A stretch of 63,368 bases of DNA, filler included, from Octopus bimaculoides (taxonomy: Eukaryota), in NCBI RefSeq assembly GCF_001194135.2. It is 7 parts of 7 records of this genome, joined end to end, with 100 filler letters (N's around TTAATTAATTAA, not from the genome) between each part and the next. Parts side by side here need not be neighbours in the genome. Positions count along the whole stretch, not along the records: positions 48,730 to 53,566 come from NC_068990.1; positions 53,667 to 57,567 come from NC_068983.1; positions 57,668 to 61,364 come from NC_068986.1; positions 61,465 to 63,368 come from NC_068993.1; 3 more parts are not named here. One strand, 5' to 3'. This document shows positions 53,135 to 63,368 of this stretch, piece after piece (the first letter of the stretch is position 1; each line of letters begins with the position of its first letter). Made by a program: the position numbers and the translations under genes. Under the pieces are notes generated by a model. The model saw nothing but the letters and a program-made list of their open reading frames with translations, searched no databases and was not told the DNA's origin.

Positions 53135-53179
53135 TGTACAACATGTTTCGACCCATCAGTCTGGATCTCATTAGGTACA
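53135..53179 (-). ncRNA. Minimal hammerhead motif with a G5A core change
   Basis: Reverse complement UGUAC-CUAAUGA-GAUCC(AGACUGAU)GGGUC-GAA-ACAUGU-U^GUACA. 5-bp stems I and II, palindromic stem III, AAUAAA just downstream. Confidence 0.7.
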
Positions 53180-53503
53180 TCGATAAATTTATGTCTTACA
53201 ACAGATTTTTAGTGTCGGCTGACTTATTGTTATATGTCTATCAAGTTAGGGAATGAATGAAAGCAAATGATATTACAGAAATATCAAAAATTTCAAATAT
53301 AAACGTGGAAATCTTGCGTACTCGTTTAGATAAAATGACTTAATCAGCTTTTACTGCCATAACTGCTTAGAGGGAAACAAAGTAGGAGAAAAGAAAACTA
53401 ATTCTTAGTCAAATGGTTTTATGTTCATTCATATACATACAGGCAGAAAGACAGAGGCGCACATACACTCACACACATAGAGGCAGATAACCACACATCA
53501 CAT

Positions 53504-53566
<63 letters not shown>

Positions 53567-53879
53567 NNNNNNNNNNNNNNNNNNNNNNNNNNNNNNNNNN
53601 NNNNNNNNNNTTAATTAATTAANNNNNNNNNNNNNNNNNNNNNNNNNNNNNNNNNNNNNNNNNNNNTTTTTTTTTTTTTTTTTTTTTTCCTTCCTTCCCC
53701 CTCCCAAAAAGAAAAGCTCTACATTGTATTTGTCCCATCTTCGTTGAGCCCTGTGTGGCTAATAAAAGAAATGTATCTATCTATATCTATCTATCTATAT
53801 CTATATATATATAAAGATGTGTGTTGCTGTGAGTGTATGTGTGTGTGGGTGCGTTTATGTGTGTGTGTGTGTGAGTGTG

Positions 53880-54095
53880 CGTGCGTGTTTGCATGTGTGT
53901 TTTTGCATGTGTGTTTGCCCCCCGCCAACGGGTGACAATCGGTGTTAGTGTGTTTACTTACCCGATACATAGCCGCTCGCCAAAAGTGACCGTTTAGAAT
54001 AAGTACTAGGGATCTATTATTTTGACTAAAACATCTTCAAGGTGATGTTCCAGCTTGGCCACAGTCTAATGACGGAAACAAGTACAGCATAAAAG
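53880..54095 (+). mobile_element. SINE 3' half (family of 62677)
   Basis: tgtgtttgcccc...gacaatcggtgttagtgtgtttac...agaataagtactagg...aatgacggaaacaagta. Confidence 0.7.
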
Positions 54096-54220
54096 ATACA
54101 AGTCGGTACTTCGGTGTATTTACGTTACAAAAATCCTCCCGCGTGTGGTGTGCAGTAATCATAGGCGGCTCCCAGACATTCTGGATAATTACCTTGATAA
54201 TTACCTTGAAAATCATTTAG

Positions 54221-54295
54221 TAGTATAATCCGCCTGACGATTCGTCATGTCCCAAGCGAACTGCTTCTGGAAACAGATTGCCCATACCTGACAGA
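54221..54295 (+). CDS. Orphan TatD-like nuclease exon or pseudogene fragment (SIIRLTIRHVPSELLLETDCPYLT)
   Basis: LLLETDCPYL matches the TatD C-terminal LLxETDxPY motif. Bounded by catttAG and GTatgt, 75 nt, symmetric phase. No other TatD exons were found. Confidence 0.4.
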
Positions 54296-54632
54296 GTATG
54301 TATAGCAATTTCCCAATTGTCACTTCTTAAATGTTACCTCAATATTTATGAATGGAAACAATTGCAAATTATCATATTGGTTCATGCAAATCATATGCAA
54401 ATTACTCAGTGTTCATTTTCAAATCTAAATGTCTTAATAGAATCATTTATGTTATCATATGTATAAATACATTTCCAAAACAATATTGATTGGCTAATCA
54501 CATTAATTTGAGAATCGATATATATTTATTTGTGTTGGGTTATTAATAGCATGTTATATTATTATGAAAATTTAATTAATTCTATAACATATTGTGTTTA
54601 TGAAAGTTATATTGAAAAAAACATGCCTGCAG

Positions 54633-54714
<82 letters not shown>

Positions 54715-55251
54715 GTATACATGTATATATATGTATATACGTATATAAATATGTCTGTGTGTTTTAGTGTGTGCGAGTGTGTATGTGTATGCATGTACTT
54801 CTGTTATTCTGTGTAAAGTATTGCATTATAATAATTTAATAACGAAATATTTCATTGTTTTCATAAAAGTAACGTATTTATAGTATGCGAAGCATTTCTT
54901 TTACTTTTTATTAAATTTGGTTTGCAATAACCGCTTTTATAAATTTATGAAAACAAAATTGCTGCTTCCTGCACCATACATTTCATTCTGTCGTTTTAAC
55001 CCTAGGTTAGTCCTGGTCTAGTAGACCTGTGATCAAACGCATTTTAACGGTGATCATCTTTTTTCTTAGGCATAGCGTTGTGCCGTTTTCTGTGGTCTTC
55101 ATTTCTTTTTGAAATGATTGCCTACGTCTCTCGAGGGACATTTTGTATTCAGCAATCGAAAGGATGAATAGTTCAATTCGTACGGTGAATCCCGACTAGT
55201 TGGAATTCGTTGTTTAACTATGTCGAAGAATGAATGATCTATCCATCCATC

Positions 55252-55313
<62 letters not shown>

Positions 55314-55435
55314 CCTTTTTTCTATGCGTATATATATATATATATAGGGAGAATTCACGAAAAAGCAACAGACGAAGACAGGTGATGCATTCAACAAATG
55401 GATGTATTAGTATAACGTTCGGGAATAGAGAAAGT

Positions 55436-55471
55436 ATTTAACGTTTCGAGCCTACGCTCTTCAACAGAAAG
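55436..55471 (-). ncRNA. Minimal hammerhead motif, CUGUUGA core variant
   Basis: Reverse complement CUUU-CUGUUGA-A-GAGC(GUAG)GCUC-GAA-ACGU-U^AAAU. Same family as 44989. Confidence 0.6.
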
Positions 55472-55630
55472 GAAGACAGAAAAGAAACACGGAGAGAAAC
55501 AAGGAGAAACGTTTGAATATGCATATAAAAGTATCAAAGTCTCCATTTTATTATGCCAGCTATAGCTTAATGATATCAACTGGCAAGAGCATTTATTTGT
55601 GGTCGCACCAAACAGTGCGGAAATGGGATA

Positions 55631-55687
55631 CTACTACTACAACAACACCAATTACTACTACTACTACTACTGCTACTACTACTGCTG

Positions 55688-55742
<55 letters not shown>

Positions 55743-55747
55743 TAATG

Positions 55748-55778
<31 letters not shown>
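55631..55778. repeat. Compound (ACT)n/(AAT)n microsatellite
   Basis: Directly visible. Confidence 0.95.
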
Positions 55779-55779
<1 letters not shown>

Positions 55780-56075
55780 CTATGGATGGAATTTATAATT
55801 ATTTTAATGCATCGCAACGCGCGTTTTCACAAATTACATGTCTCTTCAGGTCGTATTCTGTATTCACTGGACAATTAAGTTACAATCCATAGTATCTTTG
55901 GGCGAGGAAATGAACGCATTAATATGATCTAGCCGATGTCCATGGCTAATACAGACTATACTGTAATCAACCCAGGAATAAGGACCATCATTTTAAGAAA
56001 TATACGAACCGTGCAAACGACGAATTAAAATACATATAAATTTCATTCATGGATTATTATTATTATTATTATTAT

Positions 56076-56573
56076 TTTACCTTCGTGAAGAGTTACGTCA
56101 ATCCTTTTTTTTTTAAATATAAAAATCAAGTAAATTGAGATGATTGATTTTATGGTACACAGAATAAGAATTGGAACATACAGAAATTCTAGAAGTCACG
56201 AAAGCAGCCGGGTGTCTAAGGAAAATCGTAATGTAAATTACAGCTTTTGCGTTTTATTCCTTCTCACAGTTGGCTTATCAGCCCTGTTAGTTTCGCTAGA
56301 CCCCAGTGCTGAACCCAATCCTGGACCAATGGACTTCGTACCATTCAAATATGAATCAGAAATTGAGAAATCGACGTTACGCTGGTTACTCACGTTCACA
56401 GTTTACGTTTGGTTTCTGAAATTTTGAATTTTCAATCACCTTTTGGTTTGAACTTGAGAAAGACAGACGTTCTGTCGAAATGTTGTTCAAAGAATAAAAC
56501 ATCTAAAATCGCACTCTTCGTCTTGACTATTTACCTTCGTGAAGAGTTACGTCAATCCTTTTTTTTTAAATAT
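56076..56573 (+). mobile_element. Small terminally redundant element (454-nt unit plus a 45-nt repeat) with a hammerhead relic, inserted in (ATT)n
   Basis: tttaccttcgtgaagagttacgtcaatcc(T)9-10aaatat at 56076-56120 and 56530-56573. Hammerhead fold at 56447-56491. (ATT)n on both sides. Confidence 0.7.
56447..56491 (+). ncRNA. Degenerate minimal hammerhead motif
   Basis: UUUGAAC-UUGAGAAA-GACAG(ACGUU)CUGUC-GAA-AUGU-U^GUUCAAA. Perfect 7-bp stem I and 5-bp stem II, but the CUGANGA box is mutated. AAUAAA follows. Confidence 0.55.
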
Positions 56574-56576
56574 TAC

Positions 56577-56629
<53 letters not shown>

Positions 56630-56634
<5 letters not shown>

Positions 56635-56823
56635 TAGTTTTATTTTTATAACGTGCTTTCACTTCACTACCGAGCGCAGCTCTGTGTGCCTTGGGTAAGT
56701 TTTGTGGTTTGCTGTGATGCTCTTATGGTTACTGTATTGAAAGTGATTTGCGTAGGATGTGTGCAGTGCCCAGTAGTGCAATTTTCTGTATTACAGTGCC
56801 CAGTAGTGCAATTTTCTGTATTA
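56630..56823 (-). mobile_element. Dong/R4-clade LINE, short 5'-truncated 3' fragment
   Basis: Same 3' sequence as 1144-1375. (TAA)n on both sides. 30-nt tandem duplication at the 5' junction. Confidence 0.88.
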
Positions 56824-56866
<43 letters not shown>

Positions 56867-56871
<5 letters not shown>

Positions 56872-57356
56872 TACTTTTAATTTTATAACATGCTTTCACT
56901 TCAATACCGAGTGCAGCTCTGTGTGCCTTGGGTATGTGCTGTGGTTTGCTGTGGTGCTCTTATGGTTACTGTATTGAAAGTGTTTTGCGTAGGATGTGTG
57001 CAGTGCCCAGTAGTGCAATTTTCTGTATGTTGTAGATATTTATAAGACCTGGTGTTTTTGTTATGTATTTGTCTGGATATTTTTTTATTATGCCTAAGGC
57101 ACCTGCTATGATAGGAATTGTTTCTGCTTTTATATTCCACATTCGAGTTATATCTATTTCCAGGTCTTTGTATTTTGATAGTTTCTCCATTTCTTTTAGG
57201 GAAACCTTGTCATCTGCTGGTATTGATACGTCAATTAGAAAGCATTTTTTTCCTTCATGATCTTCGACAATTATATCTGGTCTATTGGCATTAATTTCTC
57301 TATCTGTGTATTGACATATTCCAGAGTATGGTTGCTTTCTCGTTTTCTGTGACCTT

Positions 57357-57358
<2 letters not shown>
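56867..57358 (-). mobile_element. Dong/R4-clade LINE 3' fragment with the RLE endonuclease domain
   Basis: EKVTENEKATILWN...ANRPDIIV...CFLIDVSIPADD...EKLSKYKDL...IQKIALLGTAHILRKTL (PD..D/ExK-type RLE). Confidence 0.92.
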
Positions 57359-57532
<174 letters not shown>

Positions 57533-57567
57533 GTTCAGTAGTTTTATTTTTATAACGTGCTTTCACT
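57533..57567 (-). mobile_element. Dong/R4-clade LINE extreme 3' end, cut by a scaffold spacer
   Basis: gttcagtagttttatttttataacgtgctttcact is identical to the start of 1144-1375. Confidence 0.8.
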
Positions 57568-57689
57568 NNNNNNNNNNNNNNNNNNNNNNNNNNNNNNNNN
57601 NNNNNNNNNNNTTAATTAATTAANNNNNNNNNNNNNNNNNNNNNNNNNNNNNNNNNNNNNNNNNNNNATATATATATATATATATGCAT

Positions 57690-58865
57690 ATATATGTCTC
57701 CGACGCCACAGAGACATTATCATAAAAACGGTCGACAAGGGAAGAGCCGTGGTGGTGTGGCGCGCAGACATCTACAAGGCTGTAGCTGTCCAGCAACTTC
57801 AAGACACCTCGTTCTATTGCACTTTGCCCTCCAACCCCACCCCTAGCTACCAACAGACTACGTCCTTCACTATCCATGACCTCATCTCCTCCTCCCGACC
57901 CCCCATCGTCTCCGCATGTAACTGCTCCACGAACTGATCTCAAAATACCTCGACCTTGTCCTTGCCCCCTAGTGGTTTCCCTCCCCTCACACATCCACGA
58001 CACTAACCATGCTCTTCGTCTTTTCAACTCTTTCTCCTTCCCTCCTGGCCCCTCTAAACTTCTCTTTACTCTTGATATCAATAGTCTATATCCGTTGATC
58101 CCACACCACGAAAGACTTCTTAGCCTTAAAAACATTTCCTAGACCTTCGACCCAACCCAATCTTCTCTCTTCACTCCTTTGCCCCACATGGGCTCAACTC
58201 CCTCCCATCTTCATCTGACTCCCCTCCTCTCCTCTCTTCATCTGACACCTACTTCCCTTCTTCACTCCCACCGACCTCTTCTCTCTTCTCATGCCCTGAC
58301 ACCTACTTCCTCTCTTCACTCCTACCCACCTTCTCCATTGATACTCCCTCCATCCACACCTATCCTCACACATCTCCCTCCCACATATCCCACCCCTACC
58401 CTCACATCCTCACCCCAAATCCACACCCCCTAATACCGCCACACCACACCACTCACCACCACAACACACACCACAACAACACACACCACCACATCACATC
58501 ACACCACCTTGCACACACTAGCACTGACCACTTCCCAGCACCCACATCATCATCTACACACCCACACATTACAGACGCGCACACATACACACACAACTTC
58601 ACGTCAGTGTCACCAACTCCTATTCCAAACTTTATTATCTCCCCTTCTTCCTAGCTCTCCTGTCCGACTACCTTTGTCTAGCCAGTCGCCATGACTGACC
58701 GCTAACTCCAAAAGTTTTTTTTTTATTCTCTCTCAGTTTATTTTCTCCTATTCCTTTCTGTTGAAGAGCGTAGGCTCGAAACGTAAAAGACTTTCTCACC
58801 TTCCTGAGCGTCAAACTAATACACCTGCCTTCGTCTTTCGTTTTTCTGCAAATTTCAACTATATA
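57690..58865 (+). mobile_element. Penelope-like element remnant (RT N-terminal part, low-complexity tract, pLTR with hammerhead)
   Basis: IIKTVDKGRAVVVW, DTNHAL, LLFTLDINSLYPLIPH, followed by the pLTR repeat at 58630-58865. Confidence 0.85.
58754..58789 (+). ncRNA. Minimal hammerhead motif, CUGUUGA core variant
   Basis: CUUU-CUGUUGA-A-GAGC(GUAG)GCUC-GAA-ACGU-A^AAAG. Confidence 0.65.
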
Positions 58866-59519
58866 TANNNNNNNNNNNNNNNNNNNNNNNNNNNNNNNNN
58901 NNNNNNNNNNNNNNNNNNNNNNNNNNNNNNNNNNNNNNNNNNNNNNNNNNNNNNNNNNNNNNNNNNNNNNNNNNNNNNNNNNNNNNNNNNNNNNNNNNNN
59001 NNNNNNNNNNNNNNNNNNNNNNNNNNNNCTTAAAAGCCGCCCAATAGGGCAGCATTTAAGCTAGCTCCTGTGGAGGGCTCTTCATTAGGCCTTGGGCCCA
59101 ACATGCATTGAGTACATATTAAATTTCATTAAACTTGAACAATATTTTTCATGCAATGAACAATTTTCATCAAAACAATGATATAATTTGTCGACTTGGA
59201 ACTTATTGCAAAGCTGCATGATAAACAACAGTACCACCATCACTATCACCTCATCATTTAGACTTCTGAAGCCATTTAGACTTCTAAATACCATGAATAC
59301 CTTTAACTTCGTCGCCTTCTCCTCCACCACCATCACCATTGTCTTTCCCATCACTTACTCTCAGCGTCATCCCTGACCACCTTCGCTACCACCACCAGCA
59401 GCACCACCACCACCACCATCATCACCGCTGCCTGCGCCTCTATCACAGCTACAACTCATACTATTACTATCATCCCATTACCATCGTTCAGTATGTTGGT
59501 TCAGTGTTCAGTCCCTCTT

Positions 59520-59534
59520 TCTCTCACATAACCA

Positions 59535-59582
<48 letters not shown>

Positions 59583-59754
59583 CTCTCTCTCTCTCTCTCT
59601 CTCCCTCCCTCTCTCTATTTATCTCTCTGTCTCGCTCTCTCTCTCCTTCTCTCTCTGATTATTACTCCCACTACCACCATCAGCACTACTACTTTCAAAG
59701 AAAACATCATGAGCTCTCCATAAATTTCATTGACTCTCTTTCTCTCGCTCTTTT

Positions 59755-59795
<41 letters not shown>
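59520..59795. repeat. Two (CT)n microsatellite tracts with CAC/CAT-rich low-complexity flanks
   Basis: Directly visible. Confidence 0.9.
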
Positions 59796-59797
<2 letters not shown>

Positions 59798-60836
59798 CTG
59801 TCTTCGCCACCGCCCTCACCGTCTCTATGCCTACTATTACTCTCACCCCTATATGAATAATAGTAGAAGTGTCAATGGATAGCGAGAGAGAGGGTCGAAG
59901 TGTGACACACTGACATACAGATATTAGTTTTTGCATTTATTATATTAGAGATATATATTCGAGATCAGCGACTGTGTGTCGCTTAAAACATATATAGTAT
60001 TTGCAAGTGGAGTGAGAGCTTTCGTCACTACCTTGTGGTTGTATCACACTGAGAAGGGATAACATCTAGAATCCTAGGTCTGTAAGTATCACGTAAGGCT
60101 AGAGATAGAAACGATGACCTCCCTTGCAAATGCTATACAGACACAAACTGTGTCGATAGCCAGGTGGAAAAGATATTTTCCTGGGGCTAAAACAATAGTA
60201 ACATCGTTCTTTATAGGACTGCCACATTCTGTTAGCATATAAACATTACTGTATATATATATATATNNNNNNNNNNNNNNNNNNNNNNNNNNNNNNNNNN
60301 NNNNNNNNNNNNNNNNNNNNNNNNNNNNNNNNNNNNNNNNNNNNNNNNNNNNNNNNNNNNNNNNNNNNNNNNNNNNNNNNNNNNNNNNNNNNNNNNNNNN
60401 NNNNNNNNNNNNNNNNNNNNNNNNNNNNNNNNNNNNNNNNNNNNNNNNNNNNNNNNNNNNNNNNNNNNNNNNNNNNNNNNNNNNNNNNNNNNNNNNNNNN
60501 NNNNNNNNNNNNNNNNNNNNNNNNNNNNNNNNNNNNNNNNNNNNNNNNNNNNNNNNNNNNNNNNNNNNNNNNNNNNNNNNNNNNNNNNNNNNNNNNNNNN
60601 NNNNNNNNNNNNNNNNNNNNNNNNNNNNNNNNNNNNNNNNNNNNNNNNNNNNNNNNNNNNNNNNNNNNNNNNNNNNNNNNNNNNNNNNNNNNNTATATAT
60701 ATGTATGTATGTATGTATATACATATATATGCGTGTGTGTGTACAAAATCCAAATAAGTTATCATTATCTTTAAAAAAATTAATGATGAAATGGCCAACA
60801 AACAACCAAAATAGACAAAAATATATATTATTAAAA

Positions 60837-61299
60837 GTCAGGGTACAATATGCACCTGCTTGCTAGAATGAAGACTTAAACTTTCCAAAGCCACGCACCT
60901 CTCACTATATGTAAACACGCTCCGAGAATGTAGTAAATATACTAAAAATCTTTATCATTTTTTTAAAAGTAATGATAACTTATTTGAATTTTGACTTTAT
61001 ATTTGCTCGCTATTATTCGTTTGGAAATTGCAGGGCCTTCAGTTGAACAGACTCGCACGAGTGGTAAATATATTTTTTAAATAGTTTACGTAGTAACTTT
61101 AACTGATGATCTTTAAGAAAGTGAAATCAATTCATACTGGGATGTCTATTATTCTCTTCGTGGGTTTTACAAATGGGTAGGACTGATTTTTAAGTATATT
61201 GGCTACATTCTCCGTGCATATTTACATATAGTGAGAGATGCGTGGCTTTGAAGAGTTTAATTCTTCTTTCGAGCAAGCAGGTGCATATTGTACCCTGAC
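60837..61299. mobile_element. MITE-like element with about 113-bp terminal inverted repeats
   Basis: gtcagggtacaatatgcacctgcttgct... at 60837-60950 matches the reverse complement of 61185-61299 at roughly 85% by eye. No clear TSD. Confidence 0.65.
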
Positions 61300-61301
61300 A
61301 T

Positions 61302-61364
<63 letters not shown>

Positions 61365-61464
61365 NNNNNNNNNNNNNNNNNNNNNNNNNNNNNNNNNNNN
61401 NNNNNNNNTTAATTAATTAANNNNNNNNNNNNNNNNNNNNNNNNNNNNNNNNNNNNNNNNNNNN

Positions 61465-61508
<44 letters not shown>

Positions 61509-62676
61509 TTGTGTATATATATATATATAGGTAATATTAGTTATTGGTGACAATATGAATGATAACGTAATTTATTATGCCGATGATGATTACGACAATA
61601 TCAGACGATCAGAGATGCTCAGTCTGTTCCTTTCTATGCAACTTTCAACCGTATATAATTCGAAGCTAAACGACAAAAACAACAAAATATATTGCAGACA
61701 GTTTTTTCTTGCCAAATAATAAACGTTTTTTCAATAAATAAATATATATATATATACGAAAAACTGAATAAATATGAAGAACAAAATATGTATAGATAAA
61801 TCAAAATTAAGATGGACAGAAGATATTTCAAAATAATACTAATAATAAAACAGTTACAAAACAAACCATTGCTTAACTAAAGCAAAACCGGAGTTGATTT
61901 TTACGAATATGTGAAAATTATGATGTCACTTCTGAGAGAATATGTGTCACGTCTGCTTTAAAATTGAGATTTCTCTCTTATAATATTAACCATAGAATCG
62001 TGTGCAAAAGAGAACAAAAGAATGTATTTTGGGTACGTTTATTAACTCATGGCCTTTTATTGTATTATAGTGCCTTGCTATTTTTACGGTTTCTTTTAAC
62101 ACTAATTTTTAAGTTTGTTTCTTTACTTTCTTCACGTTTTCTTCGCTTTATTTTATAGATTTGATTTTTTATTTAAATCTTTTTAAGATTTATAGGATTG
62201 CTTTTCAACATTTTTATTTCATCATTGTTTTCAATAGTCTTTTTTTTTTTTTTTTTCATTTTAATTTCTTTGAAACCTGAAATAAATTCAATCAGAAAAT
62301 ACTTAACAAAAGTCCGTTCAAAAAGTCATAAACAATACAGAAATCAGAAAGAAGATTCTCTGTACACTTTCACTTTTCTAGCCAGTGTAATCTACAATTG
62401 TTTATGTTCATTCATCTGTAAATGCTTCCATATATGCACATACATGCATACATACATCCTTAAACATGCACAGAAACACACATACATAGACTACGCACAC
62501 ACGCACACACACACACACACACAAACAAACACACAAATATATATATAATATTCTGTATGTGTCAGTTCTTCTCTCTTCACATTTCATTCTCTCCCGTTAT
62601 ATACATACAAACATATATATATATGTATATATATATATATAATACATATATATATGTATATTATATATATATATAG

Positions 62677-63088
62677 TCGCAGGAGTGGCTGTGTGGTAAG
62701 TAGCTTGCTTACCAACCACATGTTTCCGGGTTCAGTCCCACTGCGTGGCATCTTGGGCAAGTGTCTTCTACTATAGCCTCAGGCCGACCAAAGCCTTGTG
62801 AGTGGATTTGGTAGACGGAAACTGAAAGAAGCCCGTCGAATATATGTATATATATATATATGTGTGTGTTTGTGTATCTGTGTTTGTCCCCCTAGCGTTG
62901 CTTGACAACCGATGCTGGTGTGTTTATGTCCCCGTCACTTAGCGGTTCGGCAAAAGAGACCGATAGAATAAGTACTAGGCTTACAAAGAATAAGTCCCGG
63001 GGTCGATTTGCTCGACTAAAGGCGGTGCTCCAGCATGGCCGCAGTCAAATGACTGAAACAAGTAAAAGAGTAAAAGAGTAAAAGAGTA
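62677..63088 (+). mobile_element. Full-length tRNA-derived SINE with an internal microsatellite and a (GAGTAAAA)n tail
   Basis: gtggctgtgtggt A box and gggttcagtccc B box. Several other copies are in the window. Confidence 0.92.
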
Positions 63089-63101
63089 TATATATATATA
63101 T

Positions 63102-63160
<59 letters not shown>
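63089..63160. repeat. (TA)n/(GATA)n microsatellite
   Basis: Directly visible. Confidence 0.95.
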
Positions 63161-63161
<1 letters not shown>

Positions 63162-63368
63162 CGATATAAATACAAGAATATATATACATATATTACACAT
63201 ATATATATATGTATGTAGATGCATGTGTGTGTGTCGTCGACATGAATAAAAATGCTGAATATTTTAAAAGGTTTAGCAAGTAATTTAAATCTATAAAATT
63301 CAAACATCAAAACATTGATATATATATATATATATATGTGTGTGTATATATATATATATGTGTGTGTG

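Noticed and set aside
62677-62750. tRNA-like A/B boxes at SINE heads
   Set aside because: No full cloverleaf or anticodon arm and continuous with SINE bodies, so not tRNA genes.

Overview
AT-rich, microsatellite-dense, gapped eukaryotic DNA. The SINE, Penelope and Dong repertoire resembles an Octopus genome; this is inferred from remembered repeat families and was not searched. The + strand carries the middle part of a multi-exon kinesin-4 gene (KIF21A/B-like). Nine GT-AG exons from 5563 to 33839 splice in one continuous frame across the stalk and regulatory coiled coil, and a tenth probable exon lies at 42321-42359. Motor-domain and WD40 exons were not found. The rest is transposon debris: about seven Penelope-like element (PLE) remnants, five Dong/R4-type RLE LINE pieces next to (TAA)n tracts (one abutting only a gap on its 5' side), three mariner relics, one DD37D maT relic, piggyBac-like MITEs and many tRNA-derived SINEs. 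Six identical 100-nt spacers (44N-TTAATTAATTAA-44N) are artificial scaffold joins, so adjacency across them is uncertain. The most interesting signals are: (1) about seven minimal type I hammerhead ribozyme motifs from at least four sequence families, one sense-oriented in a KIF21 intron; (2) a 454-nt terminally redundant element combining a hammerhead relic with a 2A-like EPNPGP peptide; (3) a 137-bp intronic hairpin in the kinesin pre-mRNA; (4) an orphan TatD-like exon.
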